The notes under the pieces were generated by a model. The model saw nothing but the letters and a program-made list of their open reading frames with translations, was not told where the DNA came from and made no database searches. The position numbers and the translations under genes are program-made. A DNA stretch of 64,000 bases from a bacterium (lineage in GTDB: Bacteria; UBA8248), in the NCBI GenBank assembly GCA_965200245.1, contig CBDATS010000005.1:320001-384000 (forward strand). Direction: 5' to 3'. Numbering within the stretch: position 1 is the first letter of the stretch; every line of letters starts with the position of its first letter. This document shows positions 10,337 through 21,520 of the stretch, piece by piece.

Positions 10337-11083
10337 CTAATCACCTCTCACGGTCGCGCGGATGAACTCGCGGTTCATCTTGGCGATGTGGCTGACGCTG
10401 ATGTCCTTGGGACACATGGCCTCGCACTCGGCATGGTTGGTGCAATTGCCGAAACCTTCGTCATCCATCCGGGCGACCATATCGAGCACCCTCTGCCCCC
10501 GCTCAGGTATGCCTTGGGGTAGATGCGCCAGATGGGAGACCTTCGCCGCCACGAAGAGCATCGCGGATCCGTTCGGGCAAGAAGCCGCGCAGGCACCGCA
10601 ACCGATGCAGGCGGCGGCGTCCATGGCCGCGTCCGCGTCGGGCTTTGGGATGGGGACAGCGTTGCCGTCGGGCGCACCGCCCGTGTTCGCTGAGATGAAA
10701 CCGCCCGCCTGGATGATGCGGTCGAACGATGTACGATCCACCACGAGGTCCCTGAGGACCGGGAAGGCACTCACCCGCCAGGGTTCGACAGTGATAGTGT
10801 CACCGTCCCTGAACTTTCTCATGTGAAGCTGGCAGGTGGTCGTTCCAGAGAAGCCCCCGTGCGCTTTGCCATTTATGACGAGCGAACACATGCCGCAAAT
10901 ACCCTCGCGACAATCATGATCGAAGGCGATGGGTTCCTTGCCCTCAATAATGAGGCGCTCGTTCGTTACGTCAAGCATTTCGAGGAAAGACATGTCCGGG
11001 ATGATGTCGCTTACCTGGTAGGTCTCGAATCTGCCCACCGAGCGAGCGTCCTTTTGCCGCCAAACCCTGAGGGTGAGGTTCAT
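10337..11083 (-). CDS. sdhB: Succinate dehydrogenase/fumarate reductase iron-sulfur subunit
   Basis: [24 protein letters not shown] and [12 protein letters not shown] motifs. Confidence 0.96.
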   Translation of the reverse strand: MNLTLRVWRQKDARSVGRFETYQVSDIIPDMSFLEMLDVTNERLIIEGKEPIAFDHDCREGICGMCSLVINGKAHGGFSGTTTCQLHMRKFRDGDTITVEPWRVSAFPVLRDLVVDRTSFDRIIQAGGFISANTGGAPDGNAVPIPKPDADAAMDAAACIGCGACAASCPNGSAMLFVAAKVSHLAHLPQGIPERGQRVLDMVARMDDEGFGNCTNHAECEAMCPKDISVSHIAKMNREFIRATVRGD

Positions 11084-13008
11084 TACTTGTAACTCCTCAC
11101 GCTGAATTCAACTTCTTCAAATTCGAGATTTTCCTTGTGCAGTGTCGGGCGCCCACCGTTGCCCGGCACCTCCCATGCACTCACGTGACTGAAATTCTCA
11201 TCGTCGCGAAGCGCTTCGCCCTCTTCTGTCTGATATTCTTCCCGGAAGTGTCCACCGCAGGATTCTTCCCGCACGAGCGCGTCGTAGCACATGAGTTCAG
11301 CGAATTCCAGGAAATCGGCCACGCGCAGCGCCTTTTCGAGTTCGGGGCTCAATTCATCGCCCTCGCCGGGCACGGAAACGTTCTGCCAGAACTCTTCCCT
11401 GAGCGCGGGAATCAGATCGAGAGCCTTCGTGAGGCTCTGCTCGGTGCGGGCCATCCCGCAGTAATCCCAGCAGATGAGACCCAACTCGCGGTGGAATGAA
11501 GTGACCGTGCGCTCGCCGTTGACCGAGAGCAATCTCCGGATTCTGTCCTTCACATTGTCGGCGGCTTCGTTGAATTCGGGGGAATCTGTGAAGTAATCAC
11601 CCGGTGTCTGGTTCGCAAGGTAGTTCCCCACGGTGTAGGGCGCGATGAAGTAGCCGTCCGCCAGTCCCTGCATGAGTGCACTTGCACCCAAGCGGTTCGC
11701 GCCGTGATCCGAGAAATTCGACTCACCGAGCACGAACAGGCCGGATATGTTGCTCATGAGGTTGTAGTCAACCCACAAACCACCCATGGTGTAGTGGATG
11801 GCCGCGTAGATACGCATGGGCATTTCGTAGGCATTCTCACCTGTTATCTTCTCGTACATGTCGAAGAGGTTGCCGTAGCGCTGCTTCACCGTGTCGAGTC
11901 CCAAACGCTTGATGGCGTCTGTGAAGTCGAGATAGACACCGAGGCCCGTTTCACCCACGCCGCGTCCCTCGTCGCATGCCCTTTTCGCCGCGCGCGAGGA
12001 GATGTCACGAGGTGCCAGGTTCCCGAAACTCGGGTACATGCGCTCGAGATAGTAGTCGCGCTGGCCTTCCGGTATCTCGGCAGGACCGCGCGGGTCACCT
12101 TCTTTCGTCGGCACCCAGATGCGGCCGTCGTTTCTCAGCGATTCGGACATGAGCGTGAGCTTCGACTGGTGATCCCCGGAAACCGGTATGCAGGTCGGGT
12201 GAATCTGCGTGTAACAGGGGTTCGCGAAATAGGCGCCCTTCATATACGCGCGTATCGAGGCGGTGACGTTGTTCCCCATGGCGTTCGTGGAAAGATAAAA
12301 GACGGGACCATACCCGCCCGTCGCCATGATGACCACATCCGCGGCGTGTTTTTCGATCTCTCCGGTCACGAGGTTTCTCGTGACAATGCCCTTCGCGTGC
12401 CCGTCGACCAAGACGATTTCCAGCATCTCGGTACGCGAGTGCATTTTCACCGTGCCCGCCGCTATCTGGCGGCTCAGAGCCGCATATACACCCAGGAGAA
12501 GTTGCTGGCCCGTCTGTCCCCTGGCGTAGAAGGTTCTCGACACCTGCGCGCCGCCGAAGGAGCGGTTCGCGAGTTGGCCGCCGTATTCGCGCGCGAAGGG
12601 CACGCCCATGGCAACACACTGGTCGATGATGTTCGCACTCACCTGCGCAAGGCGGTAGACATTCGCCTCGCGGGAGCGGAAATCACCCCCCTTGATGGTG
12701 TCGTAGAACAGCCTGTAGGTACTGTCGCCATCGTTCTGATAGTTCTTGGCGGCGTTGATTCCCCCCTGGGCCGCAATGGAGTGCGCCCGGCGGGGACTGT
12801 CCTGATAGCAGAAGCAATCCACGTTGTAGCCCAGTTCGCCGAGTGTGGCCGCCGCACCCCCTCCGGCCAGGCCCGAACCCACCACGATCACCTTGTAGCG
12901 GCGTCTGTTGGCCGGATTCACGAGTTTCATGTTGAAGCGGTGGTTGTCCCACTTTTCTGCCAGTGGACCGGCTGGGACGTTTCCGTTCAGGCTGCCGTTC
13001 GTATCCAT
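11083..13008 (-). CDS. sdhA: Succinate dehydrogenase/fumarate reductase flavoprotein subunit
   Basis: [19 protein letters not shown] (covalent FAD His), QIHPT, HYTMGG and HGANRLG. Confidence 0.97.
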   Translation of the reverse strand: MDTNGSLNGNVPAGPLAEKWDNHRFNMKLVNPANRRRYKVIVVGSGLAGGGAAATLGELGYNVDCFCYQDSPRRAHSIAAQGGINAAKNYQNDGDSTYRLFYDTIKGGDFRSREANVYRLAQVSANIIDQCVAMGVPFAREYGGQLANRSFGGAQVSRTFYARGQTGQQLLLGVYAALSRQIAAGTVKMHSRTEMLEIVLVDGHAKGIVTRNLVTGEIEKHAADVVIMATGGYGPVFYLSTNAMGNNVTASIRAYMKGAYFANPCYTQIHPTCIPVSGDHQSKLTLMSESLRNDGRIWVPTKEGDPRGPAEIPEGQRDYYLERMYPSFGNLAPRDISSRAAKRACDEGRGVGETGLGVYLDFTDAIKRLGLDTVKQRYGNLFDMYEKITGENAYEMPMRIYAAIHYTMGGLWVDYNLMSNISGLFVLGESNFSDHGANRLGASALMQGLADGYFIAPYTVGNYLANQTPGDYFTDSPEFNEAADNVKDRIRRLLSVNGERTVTSFHRELGLICWDYCGMARTEQSLTKALDLIPALREEFWQNVSVPGEGDELSPELEKALRVADFLEFAELMCYDALVREESCGGHFREEYQTEEGEALRDDENFSHVSAWEVPGNGGRPTLHKENLEFEEVEFSVRSYK

Positions 13009-13032
13009 ACCCTTCTCCTCACCAAGGGAGAA

Positions 13033-13710
13033 CTATTTCAACACGCCCGCCAATACGGCCAGGGGAATCGACATGAAGCCAACCGCGACGAGGACGCCAC
13101 TCCAGGGACCCAGCCGTTTGATGATGGGGTTGTAGGACGGATTGTTGATCCCGAGCGACTGGAACAGGCTCGTCACGCCGTGGCTCAGGTGAAGCCCCAG
13201 CAGGATCATCGACACCAGATACACGCCAGAGACCGCAACATTCCTGAATCCGAGTATCACCATACGGTATACGTCGTGGCGGCCCTGCGCGTCTTGCAAC
13301 TGGGCGAATTCGGGGTTCGTGGCGAAAAGCGTGAAATGAAGCAGATGGTAGGCGGCGAAGGCAAGCACTAACGCGCCCGTCAACACGATAGAACGCCCCG
13401 CATAGGTGACCACCGTGGATTGGGAAACTGCGTAGGCCTCGGGCCGCGCCGCGCGGTTCAGTCGCCAAAGGCGCAGTGCCGATCCGATGTGCACCAGGAA
13501 CACGGCCAGAAGCCCGATGCGCGCCACCCACAGCAAAGCGCCCAGATCCTTCAAACCCTTCGCGTAGGCGTTCGTCGCCTCGGCACCGGCGAACATCAGG
13601 AGGTTGCCGAGCAGGTGGCCGATGATGAACAAGACCAACAGGATCCCGGTGACAGCCATAGCTACTTTTGCGCCAATGGATGATTGAAGGACTTTCGCAA
13701 ACCGGCCCAT
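13033..13710 (-). CDS. sdhC: Succinate dehydrogenase cytochrome b subunit (b558 type)
   Basis: SSIGAKVAMAVTG; heme His in GHLLGN, VHI, YHLLHF and LHLSHG; first gene of the sdh operon. Confidence 0.92.
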   Translation of the reverse strand: MGRFAKVLQSSIGAKVAMAVTGILLVLFIIGHLLGNLLMFAGAEATNAYAKGLKDLGALLWVARIGLLAVFLVHIGSALRLWRLNRAARPEAYAVSQSTVVTYAGRSIVLTGALVLAFAAYHLLHFTLFATNPEFAQLQDAQGRHDVYRMVILGFRNVAVSGVYLVSMILLGLHLSHGVTSLFQSLGINNPSYNPIIKRLGPWSGVLVAVGFMSIPLAVLAGVLK

Positions 13711-13927
13711 CAACTGCTCTCCCAAAAGCAAAAAATCTCGAAATCGAGAGGGTGGATTCGCCTAACCGGATGTGCAATGTATAGATTCGTGCACGCATGG
13801 TCAACCACATTTCGGAAAATCCCGTGCTTTCCCGAAATTCCTTCCAGAAACGTGGCCCGGCGGCGATTTTTGCGGTATTTTGGTTTTTCTGGATCATCCA
13901 TGAACCCACCCGGGAGGGGGCGTGAAG

Positions 13928-14956
13928 ATGCTGAACGGTGACGTATTCGTATTCGACAACGTGGTGCACATGTACGACCTATCGGATGCTAACCTTGCCC
14001 GCCCGGACAGCCATCTTGATCGTCTCTGGCACCTGCGAATCGGCAAGGGAAGAAGGCCCAGGGGGCAGGAAAACTTGTACGCCGGCGGAGACCCCATCGG
14101 CGGATTCGCCAAAAAGTGGACGATCGAGGAACTCGGACAGCTCATGCTCGAGGATTCCGAGACCGACATGGCCATGGCACAGGCAGTCGTGCTCTACGAT
14201 GTCTACAAGGAGGGCTTCTCTCCCGTTCAGGCACAATATGAGTTCGCCAGCGCGCATAGCGAACGCGTTTTGTTCTGTGGCGGAGTGGACCCCAGATACC
14301 CGAGCGTTCAGGGTGCGATCGAGGAACTGGAACACCAGGTGACGGAGATGGGCGCGCGCTCGGTAAAATTCTATAATGCCCACATCGACGGGAACTCTTG
14401 GCGGTGCGACGACCCCGAACTCGCCTACCCGATTTACGAGAAAGGACGCGAACTTGGCATTAACGTGTTCCAGTACCACAAGGGCTTTCCCATCACCCGC
14501 GCGCGCCTGGAAGATTTGACGCCGCTCGACATCCAGCAGGCCGCGATGGATTTTCCCGATCTTACCTTCGCCATCCATCATCTTGCGCTCCCCTATTTCG
14601 AGGAGTGCGTCTGCATCGCGGCGCGTTTCGAGAACGTGGTGCTGGTTCTGTCGGGCACGATGCACCTACCCCTTATCGCGCCCTGGCAGTTCAAGGAGTA
14701 TATGGGCAGGTTGCTCAGGGATGTAGGCTCCGACCTTATCATCTGGGGGTCGGAAGCGCCCCTGCTGGGCAACCCCCAGCCGATGCTTGAATGGTTCTGG
14801 GAGATGGAGATAGACGAGGAACTCCAGGAGCGCTACGGCTATCCCCCCATCACGGAACAGGACAAGCGAAAGATACTTGGCGAGAACCAGGCGAGGCTCT
14901 TCGGAATCGACATGGAGGCGAAGAAAAAAGAACTCTCGCCAGCTACCCGAGATTGA
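13928..14956 (+). CDS. Amidohydrolase family protein (Amidohydro_2)
   Basis: DNVVH, VKFY, YHKG, IHH, WGSEAP and KILGENQARLF. Confidence 0.85.
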   Translation: MLNGDVFVFDNVVHMYDLSDANLARPDSHLDRLWHLRIGKGRRPRGQENLYAGGDPIGGFAKKWTIEELGQLMLEDSETDMAMAQAVVLYDVYKEGFSPVQAQYEFASAHSERVLFCGGVDPRYPSVQGAIEELEHQVTEMGARSVKFYNAHIDGNSWRCDDPELAYPIYEKGRELGINVFQYHKGFPITRARLEDLTPLDIQQAAMDFPDLTFAIHHLALPYFEECVCIAARFENVVLVLSGTMHLPLIAPWQFKEYMGRLLRDVGSDLIIWGSEAPLLGNPQPMLEWFWEMEIDEELQERYGYPPITEQDKRKILGENQARLFGIDMEAKKKELSPATRD

Positions 14957-15049
14957 CCCTTGTCGCTTTCTGAGCGAGGATGCGACAAGCTAAGAACAAT
15001 TACGTCAAACGCCTCCGGGCGAATCATGATAAGGAATGGAGGATTTCCC

Positions 15050-16180
15050 ATGCAGCCACCCTATGACGGTGCAAAACTCGACCGCCTCATGAGCGAGTCT
15101 GGCGTCGACATCGTTCTGGCTAACTCGCGGGAGAACGTGCGTTATCTGTGCGGCGGCTATTACTTCCACTTTCACGAGAGGTTCACGGCCATGGGACACG
15201 GCCAGTACATGGCACTGGCGGGCATCCCGCGCGGCGACGCCGGAAAAGCGTTTCTGATCGGCGGGAGCGGCGAACTCGGCCAGGCGCAGGACCAGAACCT
15301 CTGGATACCCGAACTCATTCCCTCGGGCAGGGTGCCTGCGCAAACCGCCAGGGACGCCGCGCACGCCATCGCAGAGCGTGGACTGGGGAGCGGCGTCATC
15401 GCTGTGGAAGAAAATTTTCTCCCCTCCTCCGCCAAGGATACGCTCATGAGTGCGTTACCGAACGCCACGTTCGTGGAGGCGCTACCGATTCTCGAGGAGC
15501 TTCGTGCCATCAAGACACCCGAGGAAATCGATATCTACCGGCGCATCTCCCAGGCGGACGCGGAAGCCATCCGCGAAGCGTTCGAGACCGCCGGGCCCAG
15601 TGCCACGACGCGCGACGTCGCCCACGCCGTGGAGCGCGGCATGACAAACAGGGGTCTGCACTTCCTGTGGGTCTTCGCCGCAGCGGGGCCGGGCATGTTG
15701 CGCGCGCCCTCGGAGAAGGTGTGGGAAAAGGGAGAAGTCCTGCACCTGGACGCGGGCGGATCTGAGTCCGACTACCTGACGGACATCTGCCGCATGGGCG
15801 TGCGTGGCGAACCGACACCGCTGGCGGATGAACTCTACAAAGCCTGCCTCGGCACGCAGGATCACGTGCGCGCGGAGATTCGTCCGGGCGCGGTCTGTGG
15901 CGACATATATGAGAAGGGCTGGAATTATCTCAAGGACACCGAGCACAGCGAATACGGCAACTTCATCATCCACGGCATCGGCATGGTCTCGCACGAACAG
16001 CCCTATTTCGGGCCCGGCGTGGAGAGAAAGCTCGAAGAGGGCATGGTGGTGTCGATAGAGACAGATATCCGCCATCTCGAGGTGGGCTACGTGAAGGTTG
16101 AAGACGCTGTGGCGGTAACGGCGAACGGTTACGAGCCACTCGGCGATCTGGGACGAGAGGACTGGGTGGTCGTTGAATGA
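15050..16180 (+). CDS. M24 (Xaa-Pro peptidase/creatinase-like) family protein, paralog 1
   Basis: LRAIKTPEEI, DAGG..YLTDICR, HGIGMVSHE, SIET and KVED metal-ligand set. Confidence 0.88.
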   Translation: MQPPYDGAKLDRLMSESGVDIVLANSRENVRYLCGGYYFHFHERFTAMGHGQYMALAGIPRGDAGKAFLIGGSGELGQAQDQNLWIPELIPSGRVPAQTARDAAHAIAERGLGSGVIAVEENFLPSSAKDTLMSALPNATFVEALPILEELRAIKTPEEIDIYRRISQADAEAIREAFETAGPSATTRDVAHAVERGMTNRGLHFLWVFAAAGPGMLRAPSEKVWEKGEVLHLDAGGSESDYLTDICRMGVRGEPTPLADELYKACLGTQDHVRAEIRPGAVCGDIYEKGWNYLKDTEHSEYGNFIIHGIGMVSHEQPYFGPGVERKLEEGMVVSIETDIRHLEVGYVKVEDAVAVTANGYEPLGDLGREDWVVVE

Positions 16181-17313
16181 TGAAGCCCAGCTACGATGAG
16201 GAGAAACTCGATCGCCTGATGGAAGAGGCGGGCGTCGATCTGATTCTGGCGCACACGCCTCACAACATCCGCTACCTGACGGGTGGCTACTACTTTCACT
16301 TCCGCGAAAGGGTGACCGCCATCGGGCCGAGCCAGTACCTGCCCTTTGTGGGGATTCCGCGGAGCAACCCCGAAAACGCCTTTCACGTGGCCTGGCAGGT
16401 CGAGGCCTCACCGCGCAACGAGACAGCCACCTGGATACCCGAGGTTATCTACACGAAAGCGCGCGGCACCGTAGGTGCTGCGGAGACGGCGGCCGAGGCC
16501 GTGAGGAAACGCGGGCTGAATGAGGGAACCATCGCCGTCGAGCGAGCCTTCATGCCTGTGGACGCGATGGAAACACTTGCACGCGAACTTCGCGGCGCTC
16601 GTTTCGTCGATTCCCTAGAGATCCTCGAAGAGCTTCGCGCCGTGAAGAGAGAAGACGAACTCGAGATATTCCGGCGCGCCGCGCTTGCGGATGCACAGGC
16701 CATCCAGGCGGGCTTCGAAGAGGGCGCACACGGCGTAACGACCCGGAGGATCGAGCAAAAGGTGGAGGAGGGAATGGTGCGTCGCGGGCTCCATTTCCAT
16801 TACGCCTTCACGGCGGCGGGACCGGGCATGCGGCGCGAGCCTTCGGATAAAATCTGGGAGAAAGGAGAGATCCTCCATATCGACGCGGGAGGTTCCGAGG
16901 CCGGCTACATGTCCGACATCTGCCGGATGGGCGTGCGGGGCAAACCCTCCCCTCTCGCTATAGATTTGCACAAGGCGTGCCTCCACACGGTAGACGCCTG
17001 CCGTGACGCCATCCACGCAGGCGCAAGTTGCGCCTCGGCGCACGAGCGGGGCAACCAAGCGTTTGCGGATACGGGCTATTCCGGCATGGGCATCTTCGAG
17101 GTCCACGGCATCGGCATGGTGCAGCAGGAGTTGCCGCGCTTCGGCCCCGGTGTGGAACGCGCGCTTGAGGCGGGCATGGTAGTATCGGTGGAATGCGATA
17201 TCCGCCACCCCGAGGTCGGCCACGTGAAGATTGAAGACGCCGTTGCCGTCACCGAAGACGGCTGCGAGGGACTCGGGGATCTTGGCAGGGATGCCTGGAC
17301 CCGCATAGACTGA
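16177..17313 (+). CDS. M24 family protein, paralog 2 (tandem duplicate)
   Basis: Co-linear with the previous gene (GGYYFHF.ER, DICRMGVRG); ATGA overlap. Confidence 0.88.
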   Translation: MMKPSYDEEKLDRLMEEAGVDLILAHTPHNIRYLTGGYYFHFRERVTAIGPSQYLPFVGIPRSNPENAFHVAWQVEASPRNETATWIPEVIYTKARGTVGAAETAAEAVRKRGLNEGTIAVERAFMPVDAMETLARELRGARFVDSLEILEELRAVKREDELEIFRRAALADAQAIQAGFEEGAHGVTTRRIEQKVEEGMVRRGLHFHYAFTAAGPGMRREPSDKIWEKGEILHIDAGGSEAGYMSDICRMGVRGKPSPLAIDLHKACLHTVDACRDAIHAGASCASAHERGNQAFADTGYSGMGIFEVHGIGMVQQELPRFGPGVERALEAGMVVSVECDIRHPEVGHVKIEDAVAVTEDGCEGLGDLGRDAWTRID

Positions 17314-17348
17314 CAGGAATCGATTCACAGAAACGGAGGAGAATTATT

Positions 17349-17933
17349 ATGCCGAGACCACCCAAGAGTTTCATGCGGCTTCAGCACGCCGCCGTCAAGG
17401 TACACGACATCGAGGCGGCCAAGGATTTCTACGTGAACACGCTGGGCTTCACCATTTCGGAGATTTACGAGCCTGGCACGGTGGGTGACTTCCCATTCGG
17501 CCTTTGCTTCATGCGGTGCACGGAGCTTCACCACGACATGAACCTCATCTTCTGGCCCGAGGGCGAAGGCCCCTCCCCGCCCGAAGGACGGACGTTCGAC
17601 ACGATACAGACGGGCCTGCACCATATCGCGTTCGAGGTAGAAGACCGCACGCAACTCGAATCCTGGGCATCCTACCTCGAAGAGAAGGGAATCGAAATCT
17701 TCTGGGGGCCTTCCATCCACAGCCCTACACACCCCGAAGGGGACGGCTTCTGGGGTGAGAACCACGCACTCTACATCGCGGACCCGTCGGGCAACTGCAT
17801 CGAGATATTCTGCGACATGGCCGTGATGAACCCCTACACGAACCGTGTGAACGAAGACTGGTTCCGGGACAGGCTCTCACGCGATGGTCACCCGCGCGAC
17901 GCGGCTGCACCCCCCGAAGCCTGGCGGCCATGA
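17349..17933 (+). CDS. VOC family protein (glyoxalase/extradiol dioxygenase-like)
   Basis: LQHAAVKV, HHDMNL, GLHHIAFEV and YIADPSGNCIEIF. Confidence 0.85.
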   Translation: MPRPPKSFMRLQHAAVKVHDIEAAKDFYVNTLGFTISEIYEPGTVGDFPFGLCFMRCTELHHDMNLIFWPEGEGPSPPEGRTFDTIQTGLHHIAFEVEDRTQLESWASYLEEKGIEIFWGPSIHSPTHPEGDGFWGENHALYIADPSGNCIEIFCDMAVMNPYTNRVNEDWFRDRLSRDGHPRDAAAPPEAWRP

Positions 17934-18704
17934 ACCTGCCTGAATCACACAAGCCGCCAGGGAAGGAATCACAAAGCACGATGACGGCGATGTCCCCGCA
18001 TGCGCCGCATCCAGCCGCCGGGTTCTGGTTGACAAGACTCTGCCAGGCCAGAAATACCCCTCTTGCACGAAGGTGACGGGAGGAAAGTCATGGATTCCTC
18101 CAAAAGTGCGTCCGCGCGCGTCAGGGAACGCTATCCGCTTCGGTAAACCGCCTGTGAGAGTCACCACCGCCCTGGCACGGGCCGAGTACGAGTGCAGCCC
18201 GCCGGGAGTGGAGGCCGCCTGTTCGTCCTCCACCTTCGAGCCGTCCGGGTACAACGTATTCTACAGCCTTGATAAGGATGGCATGGACGAGACAGGCGGT
18301 GACCGCACCATCAGACTCTCCAGAAGAAATTATCAGGATGCTGACAATAATCCATAGTACCCCCAATAGATTCAATGACTCGGATGGATATTTTCGAATT
18401 CATTCATGGTCATGCTTGCTCTATTCAAATTATTGATATTGCTTATTTTATAGCTTTCTTTTCAGCTTTGCCCTGTAATTTCCGACAAACATGAGCGTAT
18501 CTCACCAGGATTCGGAACCGAAGCAAGTTTTCCGGGTCCCGTGTATTTGCCTGCACTTGTGCAGGGTCTCCGCGAAGTTCCGCTTCTCCGGAGTGGATTC
18601 GGTGGGCCGAAACTGCCCCTGACATTCGGGAAGGGCATTTTCGATTCCGGCGCAACGTGGTATATTCGGCGCATATCCACGCCGCTACGGGAGACGCGCC
18701 CTAC

Positions 18705-21500
18705 ATGGAGATGAATCCGCAGGAAATCGAAAAGACGCCGATAGGCGGGAACGGCTCGTCCGCGAACGGGGCGAACCTGGACGGCTCCGGCGATTCGAGA
18801 TATCCGCCAGACTCGACGGACGTTCCCGCAGACGAGATCGAATCGGAACTCGACAGAATTGAAAGGGATGAGTGGATCGAATCGCTCGACTACGTACTCC
18901 AGATCAAGGGTCCCGAGCGAACGAAGGCGCTGCTTCGAGACTTGCAGGTCCATGCCGTACGATCGGGCGTCGTACGGCCATTTTCAGCGAATACCCCCTA
19001 CATCAACACAATCCCACTGGAAAAACAGCCGCCGTTCCCCGGGGATCGGGCTATAGAGCGGCGCATCAAAAGCCTCGTCCGCTGGAATGCGATGGCCATG
19101 GTGGTGCGCGCCAACAAGGAAGACTCCTCCATCGGCGGACACATCTCCACCTACGCCTCGGCGGCCACGCTTCTGGAAATCGGGTTCAACCACTTCTTCC
19201 GGGGCAAGGACCACCCCTGCGGCGGTGACATCATCTACTTCCAGGGCCACAGCGCACCTGGCATCTACGCGAGGGCGTTCCTTGAGGGACGCCTGACGGA
19301 GCGGAACCTCGAGAACTTCCGGCGAGAACTCAGAGCAGGTGGTGGCCTCTCCTCCTACCCGCATCCCTGGCTTATGCCCGATTTCTGGGAATTTCCCACC
19401 GTGTCGATGGGTCTTTCCCCGCTGATGGCAATCTACCAGGCACGCTATCTGCATTACCTGGAAGACCGGGACCTCAAGCCTGCGACGGGTCAGAAGGTTT
19501 GGGCGTTTCTGGGCGACGGTGAGATGGACGAACCCGAATCGCTCGGCGCAATTACCCTGGCCGCACGGGAGAAGCTCGACAACCTCATTTTCGTCATCAA
19601 CTGCAATCTTCAGCGCCTCGACGGTCCGGTGCGGGGCAACGGAAAAATAATCCAGGAACTCGAGGCCGCCTTCCGGGGCGCGCGTTGGAACATTATCAAG
19701 GTCATCTGGGGCGACGACTGGGACCCTCTCGTCGCAATGGATGACGAGGGCGTTCTGCTCCGGCGAATGAACGAGACTGTTGACGGCCAGTACCAGAAAT
19801 ACAGCGTCGAGACCCTCAGGAGAGGCGACTACGTGCGCGAGCACTTCTTCGCAGGAGACCCGCGATTGCAGGCGATGGCCGACACCATGACCGACACCCA
19901 ACTTTATCGAATGCGCCGCGGCGGGCACGACCCCGAAAAAGTGTTCGCCGCCTATCAAGCCGCCATGGCGTGCAAGGATCGTCCCACGGTCATCCTTGCC
20001 AAAACGATAAAGGGCTACGGACTTGGCGAGGGCGGCGAGGGCAGGAACGTTACCCACCAGCAGAAAAAGCTCAACGAGGATGAACTCAAGGAATTCCGGA
20101 CGCGTTTCGAGATCCCAATATCTGACGAGGAAGTGGCTCAGGCACCGTTTTACAGGCCGGCGGACAACAGTCCCGAAATTCTATACCTCAAGGACAAACG
20201 GGAAAAACTCGGCGGGTATGTTCCCGCGAGACGAAACGTTTTCACGCCACTCAAGCCGCCGCCCGGTTCGTTGTTCGAGGAGTTCCAGCAAGGTACGGAG
20301 GGGCGCGAAGTCTCGACTACCATGGTGTTCGTCAGAATCTTGAGCAGGCTTCTCCGCGACAAGGGGCTCGGCAATCTCATCGTGCCCATCGTACCCGACG
20401 AGGCCAGAACATTCGGCATGGAAACCCTCTTCAGGCAAATCGGAATCTATTCCCACATCGGCCAGTTGTACGAACCCGTCGACCGCGACAGCCTTCTGAA
20501 TTACAGGGAAGCCCGGGACGGACAAATACTCGAAGAAGGAATCACCGAAGCGGGTTCGATGGCTTCATTTATCGCCGCCGGAACCGCATACGCCACCCAT
20601 GGCGTAAATACCATCCCGTTTTACATCTACTACTCGATGTTCGGCTTGCAGCGAATCGGCGATCTCATATGGGCGGCAGCAGATATGTGCGCGCGGGGTT
20701 TCCTGATCGGGGGAACAGCCGGCAGGACCACCCTCAACGGGGAGGGGCTCCAGCACCAGGACGGCAATAGCCACCACCTCGCGTATCCCGTACCCAACCT
20801 GCTCACCTACGACCCGGCGTTTGCCTACGAGATGGCGGTAATTATCGAGGACGGGATTCGCAGGATGTACCAGGAACAGGAGAATATCTTCTATTACCTC
20901 ACCGCCTACAACGAGAACTACGCCATGCCGCCGATGCCGGAAGGGGTGCATGAGGGCATTTTGAAAGGCATGTATCTCTTCAAGGGTTCGGAGACAGACT
21001 CCGGCCTGAAAGCGCAGTTGCTGGGCAGCGGTACCATTATGAACGAGGTGCTCAAGGCGCAGGAAATCCTTGGGAAACAATATTCGATTTCCGCGGACGT
21101 CTGGAGCGTGACGAGTTACAAGGAACTCCGACGCGACGCCCTTGAAGCCGAGCGATGGAATATGCTGCACCCCGACAGCGCGCCGAAAGTACCTTATGTG
21201 ACGCAATGCCTCGCACGTACGCCCGGCATTTGCGTGGCAGCCACCGATTACGTGAAAGCTATACCCGATTCGGTCTCGAAATGGGTGCCCAGACCCATGA
21301 TTTCGCTGGGAACCGAGGGTTTCGGAAGAAGCGAGTCAAGAGAATCACTGAGAGATTTCTTCGAAATCGACGCACGTTATATTACACTCGCCACCTTGTA
21401 CAGCCTGGCGCGCGAGAAGAAGATATATCCCGAACTCGTGAACAAGGCAATGAAAGACCTGGATATCGACCCTGAAAAAAGCAACCCGATGACTTCCTGA
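18705..21500 (+). CDS. aceE: Pyruvate dehydrogenase E1, homodimeric type
   Basis: GGHISTYAS, YFQGH, SSYPHPWLMP, GDGEMDEPES and RTTLNGEGLQHQDG; start approximate. Confidence 0.97.
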   Translation: MEMNPQEIEKTPIGGNGSSANGANLDGSGDSRYPPDSTDVPADEIESELDRIERDEWIESLDYVLQIKGPERTKALLRDLQVHAVRSGVVRPFSANTPYINTIPLEKQPPFPGDRAIERRIKSLVRWNAMAMVVRANKEDSSIGGHISTYASAATLLEIGFNHFFRGKDHPCGGDIIYFQGHSAPGIYARAFLEGRLTERNLENFRRELRAGGGLSSYPHPWLMPDFWEFPTVSMGLSPLMAIYQARYLHYLEDRDLKPATGQKVWAFLGDGEMDEPESLGAITLAAREKLDNLIFVINCNLQRLDGPVRGNGKIIQELEAAFRGARWNIIKVIWGDDWDPLVAMDDEGVLLRRMNETVDGQYQKYSVETLRRGDYVREHFFAGDPRLQAMADTMTDTQLYRMRRGGHDPEKVFAAYQAAMACKDRPTVILAKTIKGYGLGEGGEGRNVTHQQKKLNEDELKEFRTRFEIPISDEEVAQAPFYRPADNSPEILYLKDKREKLGGYVPARRNVFTPLKPPPGSLFEEFQQGTEGREVSTTMVFVRILSRLLRDKGLGNLIVPIVPDEARTFGMETLFRQIGIYSHIGQLYEPVDRDSLLNYREARDGQILEEGITEAGSMASFIAAGTAYATHGVNTIPFYIYYSMFGLQRIGDLIWAAADMCARGFLIGGTAGRTTLNGEGLQHQDGNSHHLAYPVPNLLTYDPAFAYEMAVIIEDGIRRMYQEQENIFYYLTAYNENYAMPPMPEGVHEGILKGMYLFKGSETDSGLKAQLLGSGTIMNEVLKAQEILGKQYSISADVWSVTSYKELRRDALEAERWNMLHPDSAPKVPYVTQCLARTPGICVAATDYVKAIPDSVSKWVPRPMISLGTEGFGRSESRESLRDFFEIDARYITLATLYSLAREKKIYPELVNKAMKDLDIDPEKSNPMTS

Positions 21501-21520
21501 TTCAAATCCCGAGGGAGTTC

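Noticed and set aside
11704-13371. Long plus-strand ORF (also 23677-25491, 27647-29044, 40330-41745, 56723-58081)
   Set aside because: Antisense shadows of well-supported genes in GC-rich DNA
18080-18100. GAGGAAAGTC resembling the RNase P RNA P4 motif
   Set aside because: The following bases diverge and no complementary 3' AGAACCCGGCTTA-like segment was found
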